Positions 1 to 6,978 of a stretch of DNA of 46,495 nucleotides are shown in pieces. Both the position numbers and the translations under genes were made by a program. The stretch is from a virus, in IMG/VR virus record IMGVR_UViG_3300045988_032792, positions 1 through 46,495 of that record; one strand, 5' to 3'. Each line of letters starts with the position of its first letter. Within the stretch, counting starts at the first letter, position 1. The notes under the pieces were generated by a model that was not told the origin of the DNA, made no database searches, and saw only the letters and a list, made by a program, of their open reading frames with translations.

Positions 1-77
1 GGAAACGGACCAATGCAGATGATACAGCAGTTTATGCAGTTTAAGGAGAATTTTAAGGGAGATCCGAAAGCAGAAGT
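1..77 (+). repeat. Terminal direct repeat, identical to 46419..46495 (circular closure or terminal redundancy)
   Basis: Base-by-base comparison: ggaaacggaccaatgcag...ccgaaagcagaagt occurs at both ends. Confidence 0.97.
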
Positions 78-177
78 GCAGAAAATGCTACAGTCTGGGC
101 AGATTTCCCAACAGCAGCTTAACCAAGTTCAGCAGATGGCAGGGCAGTTTCAAAATCTGCTGAAAAATATGAAATAG
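1..177 (+). CDS. 3' part of junction-spanning Gln-rich small protein (73 aa; starts at 46374)
   Basis: Frame 1 is open from position 1 to TAG 175-177. It is in frame with ATG 46374 through the 77-bp overlap. Product: MSNPLFNALGGGMPQGNGPMQMIQQFMQFKENF...QQMAGQFQNLLKNMK. Confidence 0.6.
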   Translation, partial: GNGPMQMIQQFMQFKENFKGDPKAEVQKMLQSGQISQQQLNQVQQMAGQFQNLLKNMK

Positions 178-229
178 TACATTACAATCTGGCCAGATTG
201 ATGTAAATACAAAAAAGGAGATTATAACT

Positions 230-1006
230 ATGGATGGAAATTTAACAGCATCAGACGTTGCTCTTTTAACCGGGAACAACAGAAATGATGGAATGTTTGG
301 CGGAGATGCCATATTGCCGCTTATCGTACTTTTCTTGCTCGTATTTTTCGGATGGGGAAACAACGGCTGGGGCAATAATGGCAACGGTGGTGGATATACA
401 GCCACGGCAGCTACTCAGGCAGACATTCAGAGAGGATTCGATAACTCCGCAGTAATCAGCAAGCTTGACGGAATCAATAACGGCCTCTGTGATGGATTCT
501 ATGCAGTGAACAACGGTATGCTTACCGGATTCAACGGAATTAACACCAACATCATGCAGACTGGCTTTGGAATCCAGCAGGCAATCAATGCTGACACTGT
601 AGCCAATATGCAGAATACAAATGCGCTCCAGGCACAGCTCGCAAACTGCTGCTGTGAAACCAGGGAAGCAATCCAGGGTGTAAACTACAACATGGCACAG
701 AATACCTGTGCATTGCAGAACACCATAAACAGCAACACAAGAGATATCATTGATAACCAGAATACAAACATGAGGGCTATCTTAGATTATCTTTGCAATG
801 AAAAGATTTCTAGCTTGCAAGCTGAAAACAATGACCTTAGACGCGCCGCTTCTCAGGATCGCCAGAGTGCACTGATTACAGCTGAGCTGTCCGCACAGAT
901 ACAGCGGTTAACCAATACGCTCAATCCGGCACCAATCCCGGCATATCAGGTTCCAAACCCGAACACATATTACGGATGCGGATGCAACACCGGATGCAAT
1001 TGCTGA
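230..1006 (+). CDS. Membrane-anchored Asn/Gln-rich coiled-coil protein with Cys-rich C-terminus, function unknown
   Basis: 258-aa ORF with RBS aaaggag upstream. Contains a hydrophobic segment ILPLIVLFLLVFFGW, a GWGNNGWGNNGNGGG linker and the tail YYGCGCNTGCNC. Ends TGA TAA. Confidence 0.75.
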   Translation: MDGNLTASDVALLTGNNRNDGMFGGDAILPLIVLFLLVFFGWGNNGWGNNGNGGGYTATAATQADIQRGFDNSAVISKLDGINNGLCDGFYAVNNGMLTGFNGINTNIMQTGFGIQQAINADTVANMQNTNALQAQLANCCCETREAIQGVNYNMAQNTCALQNTINSNTRDIIDNQNTNMRAILDYLCNEKISSLQAENNDLRRAASQDRQSALITAELSAQIQRLTNTLNPAPIPAYQVPNPNTYYGCGCNTGCNC

Positions 1007-1069
1007 TAACTTCATATCGAGAGTATCTTTCGATTGATTCGAATGTCGGCTTATGCCGTATTACACAGA

Positions 1070-1095
1070 GGGGCAGGCTGAGACCTGTCCTTTTG
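1070..1095 (+). terminator. Weak intrinsic terminator/attenuator hairpin
   Basis: GGGGCAGG-ctgaga-CCTGTCC stem (one G-T wobble) followed by TTTT, between two co-oriented genes. Confidence 0.45.
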
Positions 1096-1116
1096 TGATA
1101 TGAAAGGAGTATTTTT

Positions 1117-1539
1117 ATGGCAGAATTTACAAATGTAGCTGCTCAGACTGTAGCAGCAAATGGAAACGTAGTATTTTCAAACACAGCAGTTAAAGGTTCT
1201 AACTGCATTCAGCACAGAGAAGGAAGCGGAATCATCACTCTGAGAGGACTGACTAACCAGTGCAAAGCGAGATTCTTTGTGGATTTTTCTGGCAATATCG
1301 CAATTCCAACAGGCGGTACTGTCGGAGCTATTTCTCTGGCTATTGCAATCTCTGGCGAACCGGTTCTTTCTTCTCAGATGATTTCCACGCCGGCAGCAGT
1401 AGACCAGTACAACAATGTGTCCTCTGGCATCTATATTGATGTACCTCGTGGATGTTGTGTTAATATCGCAGTAGAAAACACAAGCGAACAGGCTGTTTCT
1501 GTTGCGAACGCAAATATTGTCGTGACTAGAGAAGCGTAG
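1117..1539 (+). CDS. Small beta-rich protein with BclA C-terminal / C1q-TNF-like sequence pattern (putative)
   Basis: 140-aa ORF with RBS gaaaggag. Alternating hydrophobic beta pattern: NGNVVFS, GIITLRG, FFVDFSGNIAI, ISLAIAISG, NANIVVTR. Family assignment is by eye only. Confidence 0.7.
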   Translation: MAEFTNVAAQTVAANGNVVFSNTAVKGSNCIQHREGSGIITLRGLTNQCKARFFVDFSGNIAIPTGGTVGAISLAIAISGEPVLSSQMISTPAAVDQYNNVSSGIYIDVPRGCCVNIAVENTSEQAVSVANANIVVTREA

Positions 1540-1550
1540 GAGGTGCAGTT

Positions 1551-2114
1551 ATGAGAGATATTAAGGATTTATGCACAAGAATAGAGGACGAGCTTTCAAA
1601 AATCGCAGACAGCGGGCTGACCACCGGAAATCTGGAAATGACTTATAAGCTCATTGATATGTACAAAGATATCAAGAATACCCAGTACTGGGATAAAAAG
1701 GTGGAGTATTACAACGCTGTCCTTGATGAGATGCGAGGCGGATACAATGATGATTACAGCGAACGCGGAAGAAAACGCGACAGCATGGGGAGATACAGTC
1801 GTGGTGATGGAAGGATGATGTACCCGGATTATGATCGTGGCAGCTCTTACGATGATGGAAATCATAACTATGGATCCGCAAGAGGAAGCTACATTCGATC
1901 TGATGGAAGAGACACATATAACGACTACATGACGCAGAAGCAGAGTTATCGCTCCGGTAAATCTGAAGAGTGCAAAAGAAAAATGCTTGCAGCACTGGAA
2001 GAACACCTGGATGAGCTTACCACAGAAATGAGTGATATGTCTAAGGATGCAGAGTGCCGGGAGGAACGTGATCTTGTTAAAAGATACGTTGAAAAACTGA
2101 GAAATATGCTTTGA
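1551..2114 (+). CDS. Hypothetical protein with Arg/Asp/Tyr/Gly/Ser low-complexity core
   Basis: 187-aa ORF with RBS taggaggtg. Helical ends flank RGRKRDSMGRYSRGDGRMMYPDYDRGSSYDDGNHNYGSARGSY. Confidence 0.75.
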   Translation: MRDIKDLCTRIEDELSKIADSGLTTGNLEMTYKLIDMYKDIKNTQYWDKKVEYYNAVLDEMRGGYNDDYSERGRKRDSMGRYSRGDGRMMYPDYDRGSSYDDGNHNYGSARGSYIRSDGRDTYNDYMTQKQSYRSGKSEECKRKMLAALEEHLDELTTEMSDMSKDAECREERDLVKRYVEKLRNML

Positions 2115-2120
2115 TTCTTG

Positions 2121-2163
2121 CAAATGTGGGGACAACTTTTTTAAAAGAATGTGATATTATAAT
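2121..2163 (+). promoter_or_regulatory. Putative late promoter (conserved motif AAATGTGGGGACAA-N-TTTTT plus TATAAT)
   Basis: The 14-mer is shared with 39222-39235. The distance from the motif to the -10 hexamer (TATAAT 2158-2163) is identical to the second copy. Confidence 0.55.
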
Positions 2164-2441
2164 CTTGCAAGGCGTGGTGAACCTTGTAGGGACTGCTGAT
2201 TAAAAGTTTTTGCTTTCTTTTACATTTCATGTCCTCCTTTCTTTTTTGTGGATGTGCCCTTAATAGAAACAGATTCGAGCGGAATCTGGAGGTTGAAAAG
2301 CGGATGCAATTTCCGGCACATTCATTTACCATCGTGACTGGTGGTAACACCTCCTCGTAAATTAAATAAAATTTCCGCGAAAGTCGGATAGTGGCAGGCA
2401 TAACACGATAAATACCTTGCTAACCCGGGAATCCGGGTTAA

Positions 2442-2513
2442 TGGAATGTAGCTCAGTGGTAGAGCAGTAGCCTTATAAGCTATGTGCCGCAGGTTCGATT
2501 CCTGCCATTCCGA
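2442..2513 (+). tRNA. tRNA-Ile (anticodon UAU)
   Basis: Cloverleaf by eye. Acceptor TGGAATG/CATTCCG (U1-G72 wobble). D arm GCTC-AGTGGTA-GAGC. Anticodon arm GTAGC-CTTATAA-GCTAT. T arm GCAGG-TTCGATT-CCTGC. No encoded CCA. Confidence 0.8.
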
Positions 2514-2578
2514 TTATAGGTTTATCCTTATCCTGTGGACTGGAATTTAATCCAAATAGTCCCGAAAAGGTGTCTTCT

Positions 2579-2668
2579 GGGAAAGTGGCAACTATTGGCA
2601 GTGTTGCGGCGGTCTGTAAAACCGTTCCCTCGTGGTAAACATTATAGGTTCAATTCCTATCTTTCCCA
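2579..2668 (+). tRNA. tRNA-Tyr (anticodon GUA), long variable arm
   Basis: Acceptor GGGAAAG/CTTTCCC. Anticodon arm GCGGT-CTGTAAA-ACCGT. Long extra arm. T arm ATAGG-TTCAATT-CCTAT. Confidence 0.85.
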
Positions 2669-2733
2669 TGATTCAACATGTTGAAAAGGTTAACGCTTAT
2701 CCTGTTAACTGTTGGGCAGTTCGAAAAGCGCAG

Positions 2734-2806
2734 TGAAATATAGCGCAGTTGGTAGAGCAACATCCGCATAGGGTGCGTGTCGGCGGTTCGATTCCGCCTA
2801 TTTCAT
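2734..2806 (+). tRNA. tRNA-like gene with CAU anticodon (Met/Ile2-type) and non-canonical G33
   Basis: Perfect acceptor TGAAATA/TATTTCA. D loop AGTTGGTA. T arm GGCGG-TTCGATT-CCGCC. The anticodon arm ACATC-CGCATAG-GGTGC has an A27-C43 mismatch and G at position 33. Confidence 0.6.
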
Positions 2807-2883
2807 TACCTTGCCAGTGGTCTAACTGGCTTAATCCATTTACCTGCGGCGGCAGGTCAATAAACACGACCAGGAGGATATAT

Positions 2884-3516
2884 ATGCAGAAACTTATTGA
2901 CACATTAAAATCATTTGGAATTGAAATCCCGGAGGATAAACAAGCAGATGTGAAAAAGGCGCTTTCTGAGCATTATAAGAACGCCAAGGAAGTTGCAAAA
3001 ACTCTGTTAAAAGTTGAGGGAGAACGAGATAACTGGAAAGAACGTGCCGAGACAGCAGAGGAAACCTTGAAAGGGTTTGACGGTATCGACCCGGCGAACA
3101 TTCAGACAGAGCTTGCTGGATGGAAGAAGAAGGCTGAGGACGCAGAGAAAGAATTCAATGCGAAGATCTATGACCGCGATTTCTCAGACGCACTTAAAAC
3201 AGCACTTGATGATGTTAAATTTTCCAGTGAGGCTGCAAAGAAGTCAGTCATGGCAGACATCAAGGAAGCAGGATTGAAGCTAAAAGAAGGTAAAATCCTT
3301 GGTCTGAATGACTTGATCGAGCAAATGAAACAGACTGACGCATCCGCTTTTGTAGATGAATCTCAGCAGCAGGCTCAGCAGAATCAGGCAAGATTTACCA
3401 CTCATGTTGGGCAGCAGCAGACACCGGGAAACATGACGAAGAAAGATATTGAAGCAATCAAAGACCCGTCCGAGAGACAGGCTGCAATTGCTCAGAATAT
3501 CCAGTTATTCCAGTGA
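2884..3516 (+). CDS. Phage scaffolding protein
   Basis: ATG 2884 is preceded by caggagga. The track ORF 2749.. reads through tRNA-3 and is rejected. The product is charged and helical (MQKLIDTLKSFGIEIPEDKQ...) and lies directly upstream of the capsid gene. Confidence 0.8.
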   Translation: MQKLIDTLKSFGIEIPEDKQADVKKALSEHYKNAKEVAKTLLKVEGERDNWKERAETAEETLKGFDGIDPANIQTELAGWKKKAEDAEKEFNAKIYDRDFSDALKTALDDVKFSSEAAKKSVMADIKEAGLKLKEGKILGLNDLIEQMKQTDASAFVDESQQQAQQNQARFTTHVGQQQTPGNMTKKDIEAIKDPSERQAAIAQNIQLFQ

Positions 3517-3526
3517 TTTTTTTACA

Positions 3527-3595
3527 CCGACTATACATCAGAGTATAGCCGCTAACCCAATACCTTAACAATTATGGGTAGAAAGGATTTTTTAT
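3527..3595 (+). promoter_or_regulatory. Conserved hairpin leader upstream of major capsid gene (copy A)
   Basis: Stem CGACTATAC/GTATAGCCG, then GCTAACC, then CCTT...AGAAAGGA RBS. Homologous to 7976-8046. Confidence 0.5.
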
Positions 3596-4762
3596 ATGGC
3601 AGCAAAAGCTAATCTTATTATGACAAATGATATCCAGGTCACGGCACGTGAGATTGATTTCGTCACCAGATTCGAAAGAAACTGGGAGCACTTACGTGAG
3701 ATTCTGGGTATCATGAGACCTATCAAAAAACAGCCGGGTGCTGTACTCAAGTCCAAATACGCAGAGGGTACATTACAGAACGGAAATGTTGGCGAGGGCG
3801 AGGAAATCCCTTACAGCAAATTCGTTGTAAAAGAAAAGCCCTATGCAGAAATGACTATTGAGAAGTACGCAAAGGCTGTATCTATCGAAGCAATCAAGGA
3901 TCACGGTTACGAGAACGCCGTTCAAATGACTGATGATGAATTCCTTTTCCAGCTTCAGACCAATGTTACCGAAAGATTTTACAATTATTTGAAAACCGGT
4001 ACCCTCACATTTACAGAGATTACTTTCCAGATGGCTCTGGCAATGGCCAAGGGTCGTGTAGAAAACAAATTCAAGCAGATGCACAGAAATGTGACTGGTG
4101 TCGTTGGATTTGTGAACATTCTGGACGTGTACGAGTATATCGGAGCAGCCGATATTACTATTCAGAACCAGTTCGGATTCCAGTACATGAAAGACTTCCT
4201 GGGATTCAATACAATCTTCCTGTTATCTGACAGCGAAATCCCAAGAGGACAGGTTATCGCTACACCTGTTGAGAACATCGTTCTGTACTATGTAGACCCG
4301 AACGAATCAGACTTTGCAAGAGCAGGACTGGTGTATACCGTTTCCGGCGAAACAAACCTGATTGGATTCCACACACAGGGTAACTACCACACAGCAGTAT
4401 CTGAAGCGTTCGCAATCATGGGACTTACCCTCTTTGCAGAGTACATTGACGCTATTGCTGTTGGAACTATCAACACAACTCAGACACTTGGAACTCTCAC
4501 TGTAAACTCCGCAGCAGGAAGTAAAAGCGGAGATACAAAAGTGACTGTTACTCCGGCAAAAGCAAGCGCAGGAAATGCATATAAGTACAAAGTTGCATCA
4601 TCTGAGACTGCCGTAGACTACGGACAGAATGTGAAGAACTGGAGCGCGTGGGATGGAGAAGCCGACATTACAGCAACAACAGGACAGGTAATCACAGTGG
4701 TTGAGTGTGACAGCACCTATAAAGCACTGAGTGCCGGGCATGCGACTGTAACAGCAAAATGA
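3596..4762 (+). CDS. Major capsid protein with C-terminal Ig-like domain
   Basis: 388-aa ORF after the scaffold gene. C-terminal TLGTLTVNSAAGSKSGDTKVTVTPAKA...GHATVTAK resembles Big_2-type capsid-display domains. Confidence 0.9.
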   Translation: MAAKANLIMTNDIQVTAREIDFVTRFERNWEHLREILGIMRPIKKQPGAVLKSKYAEGTLQNGNVGEGEEIPYSKFVVKEKPYAEMTIEKYAKAVSIEAIKDHGYENAVQMTDDEFLFQLQTNVTERFYNYLKTGTLTFTEITFQMALAMAKGRVENKFKQMHRNVTGVVGFVNILDVYEYIGAADITIQNQFGFQYMKDFLGFNTIFLLSDSEIPRGQVIATPVENIVLYYVDPNESDFARAGLVYTVSGETNLIGFHTQGNYHTAVSEAFAIMGLTLFAEYIDAIAVGTINTTQTLGTLTVNSAAGSKSGDTKVTVTPAKASAGNAYKYKVASSETAVDYGQNVKNWSAWDGEADITATTGQVITVVECDSTYKALSAGHATVTAK

Positions 4763-4774
4763 TAAGGAGCAGCT

Positions 4775-4930
4775 ATGGAAATCGATATGAAAGATTTTAA
4801 AGAAGCTATGGAAACAGCGGTTGAATGGTTTAAGAAAAACTGCAATCCGCACCAGAAAATCATTATTTCTGATGATGGTGTAGAACTGGTTTCAGGAGAA
4901 ATGGGTTTTCCTGTAGAACCAGTAGACTGA
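4775..4930 (+). CDS. Small hypothetical protein (51 aa)
   Basis: ATG after aaggagc. Product MEIDMKDFKEAMETAVEWFKKNCNPHQKIIISDDGVELVSGEMGFPVEPVD. Fills the gap between capsid and connector genes. Below the ORF-track size cutoff. Confidence 0.45.
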   Translation: MEIDMKDFKEAMETAVEWFKKNCNPHQKIIISDDGVELVSGEMGFPVEPVD

Positions 4931-4946
4931 TCAGGAGGTAGCTGGC

Positions 4947-5444
4947 ATGGCTTATGCAGATTATGATTTTTACACAGAATCCTATTATGGCAATGTCGTG
5001 CCAGAAGCTGACTTTGATCGTCTGGCAGCCAGAGCCAGCGATTTTATTGATACATTGACATTTGATAATTTGGTGGACGGACTGCCAGCTGATAAGCGCT
5101 CACAGAAACGCATCAAAAAGGCGGTCTGTTCATTGGCTGAATTAATGTATCAGATTGAGCTTGCTGAAAAGAATGCTGCCAATGCCGCCGCTAGTGGAGC
5201 ATCAACCACAATCGGGTCCGGTGGTAGCGCTACAGGCGTTGTAACATCTGTATCATCTGGCAGTGAATCCATCTCTTATGCAACACCACAGCAGATTGGG
5301 GCAAGTGCAAAGGAATGGAGTGCGGTGTATGCCGCCGCCGGAGATGTACAGAAAACGAATGACTTACTTCTTAAGACAGCTTTGCCGCTGTTGATGGGAG
5401 TAAGGACGGATGATGGAATACCAGTTCTTTATGCGGGGGTGTGA
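4947..5444 (+). CDS. Putative head-tail connector/adaptor protein
   Basis: 165-aa ORF with RBS caggaggt. N-terminus YADYDFYTESYYGNVVPEADFDRLAARASDFID is typical of connector proteins downstream of capsid genes in Firmicute siphoviruses. Confidence 0.55.
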   Translation: MAYADYDFYTESYYGNVVPEADFDRLAARASDFIDTLTFDNLVDGLPADKRSQKRIKKAVCSLAELMYQIELAEKNAANAAASGASTTIGSGGSATGVVTSVSSGSESISYATPQQIGASAKEWSAVYAAAGDVQKTNDLLLKTALPLLMGVRTDDGIPVLYAGV

Positions 5445-5674
5445 ATATGAAATGCAGACAATGCGGGAAAGAACTTAAACCACATTGGAGCACAGATATT
5501 TGTATTGAGTGCTCAAGAGAAAATATGAAAAAGATATTTAGAAAAAACCCAGAAGTGAAACAGGCATTCCGTGAAACTATTGAAGAACTTAAAAAGCCTG
5601 AAAACATTGCGAAAATGGCTAAAAATACTGCCGGCTTTATGAGTGCTATTCAGGCATTAAGGAGTGATAAATAA
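5441..5674 (+). CDS. Small Zn-ribbon protein
   Basis: 77-aa ORF with CRQCG...CIEC motif. Start overlaps the upstream stop (ATGA). Confidence 0.6.
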   Translation: MNMKCRQCGKELKPHWSTDICIECSRENMKKIFRKNPEVKQAFRETIEELKKPENIAKMAKNTAGFMSAIQALRSDK

Positions 5675-5943
5675 TGGACATTTCAACATTAGGCTCATGT
5701 ATCGCAATCGTTATGATTTGCTACATCGTAGGAATGGGCTGTAAAGCATCAAAAAGAATCTCTGATGAATGGATTCCAGTAATCATGGCGGTTACTGGCG
5801 GGATTCTCGGAGCAGTCGGAATGGGAATTATCCCGGATTTCCCGGCAACGGATTATATCACGGCGGTTGCAGTCGGTATGTTTAATGGATTGTCAGCTAC
5901 CGGCGTGAATCAGATTATTAAGCAAAGTATTATGAAAGAGTGA
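5674..5943 (+). CDS. Holin-like membrane protein (Hol44 / LL-H-type pattern)
   Basis: 89 aa with 2-3 TM segments. Contains WIPVIMAVTGGILG and GLSATGVNQIIKQ, which resemble the phage holin superfamily V signature. Located in the head-tail module, not next to the lysin. Confidence 0.6.
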   Translation: MDISTLGSCIAIVMICYIVGMGCKASKRISDEWIPVIMAVTGGILGAVGMGIIPDFPATDYITAVAVGMFNGLSATGVNQIIKQSIMKE

Positions 5944-5947
5944 TCTT

Positions 5948-6322
5948 ATGGGTGGACGTGGTGGAAGTAGTGGGATGGCAAAAACGCAATCTCTTGAAGA
6001 GTATTTAGGAGAGCGTGGATTGTCTTCTCCTATTAGCGACTATATGGTAGACAAGATGCGTATTCCTCACGGAATGACAGCAAGGCAGAATAAACAGTTT
6101 CTTAAAGATGCTGAAAAGGCAAGAACTGATTATTCCAACAAGAGAAACGCCGCTATAAAAGAATATAATTCAAAGGTCGAATCCGGAAAAATCAAATCAC
6201 CCGGGAAATATGATAAGTTATTGAAAACTGCCAGAGGGCACGAAGATAATCCATCAGTTCAAGCTGCAAGAAGAACCCTGAAAAAGCGTGGAATAAATTG
6301 GAGAACTGGAAAGAAGTTGTAG
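5948..6322 (+). CDS. Basic hypothetical protein
   Basis: 124-aa Lys/Arg-rich ORF starting MGGRGGSSGMAK. Confidence 0.6.
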   Translation: MGGRGGSSGMAKTQSLEEYLGERGLSSPISDYMVDKMRIPHGMTARQNKQFLKDAEKARTDYSNKRNAAIKEYNSKVESGKIKSPGKYDKLLKTARGHEDNPSVQAARRTLKKRGINWRTGKKL

Positions 6323-6325
6323 TCT

Positions 6326-6967
6326 ATGGCGAATAAAACAACCAGTATAGCCTACGAAAATCTAAACCGCCGTATCTTTGAAGGAGTTGGCGAATACGGT
6401 ATACCACAGATAGAACCAGAGACATTCGAAGGAAACTGCGAATTTGTTGGTTTCAATTACGCCAGAGGAAAATGTAGTAATCCAGAAGAAAAAGCAGTTC
6501 ATTTCTTCTTAGATGATTATCAATTCGATGCACTATGGAGAAATCCAGACAGGTATGCGGATAAGCTGAGCAAATTCCGGTACATTCTAACACCAGATTT
6601 CAGCACTTACACTGACTTCCCTAAAGCTATCCAGATATACAACCATTACCGCAAGCACTGGATAGGTGCATATCTGCAAGAATATGGTTGCCGTGTGATT
6701 CCAACAATCTCATGGAGTACACCGGATTCTTACGAATGGTGTTTTGACGGCGAGCCAGAGAGTGGAACGGTTGCGATTAGTTCAGTTGGATGTATGAACA
6801 GTTTAGGCAAAAAACGCCTATTCTTATCTGGCTATAATGCTATGATTGAACGATTGCATCCAGAAAGTATTATTTTCTACGGAAAAGTACCGGAAGAGTG
6901 CAAAGGTAATATTGTTAGAATTAAAGCGTTCCACGATAGATTTTCAAAAGCAACATGTGAAGGATAG
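6326..6967 (+). CDS. DUF4417 domain protein
   Basis: HFFLDDYQFDALWRNPDRY...LTPDFSTYTDFPKAIQIYNHYRKHWIGAYLQEYGCRVIPTISW matches the remembered DUF4417 consensus. Confidence 0.75.
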   Translation: MANKTTSIAYENLNRRIFEGVGEYGIPQIEPETFEGNCEFVGFNYARGKCSNPEEKAVHFFLDDYQFDALWRNPDRYADKLSKFRYILTPDFSTYTDFPKAIQIYNHYRKHWIGAYLQEYGCRVIPTISWSTPDSYEWCFDGEPESGTVAISSVGCMNSLGKKRLFLSGYNAMIERLHPESIIFYGKVPEECKGNIVRIKAFHDRFSKATCEG

Positions 6968-6978
6968 GAGAGGGTATC

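Noticed and set aside
1596-2135. Long antisense ORFs opposite real genes (for example 1596-2135, 10114-10533, 15880-16296, 26898-27311, 29253-29711, 43577-44052)
   Set aside because: They lie fully within strongly supported genes on the other strand, lack RBSs, and have skewed Ser/Leu/Phe/Cys composition typical of antisense frames.
2141-2401. Minus-strand 86-aa ORF in the tRNA leader, with an internal aaaggagg-ATG
   Set aside because: The composition is not protein-like. It lies antisense to the late-promoter leader. The SD-to-ATG spacing of the internal start is too short (about 1-3 nt).
2514-2578. Possible fourth, degenerate tRNA between tRNA-1 and tRNA-2
   Set aside because: No T-arm (GTTCGA-like) or acceptor pairing could be drawn. 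Only a local hairpin GGACT...AGTCC is present.
2442-2806. Suppressor tRNA that would explain the in-frame TGA/TAA codons at 35-38 kb
   Set aside because: The anticodons read UAU, GUA and CAU. None is UCA or UUA.
2749-2883. N-terminal 45 codons of track ORF 2749-3516
   Set aside because: This part reads straight through tRNA-3 (2734-2806). A strong RBS (caggagga) precedes the internal ATG 2884, which is taken as the scaffold start.
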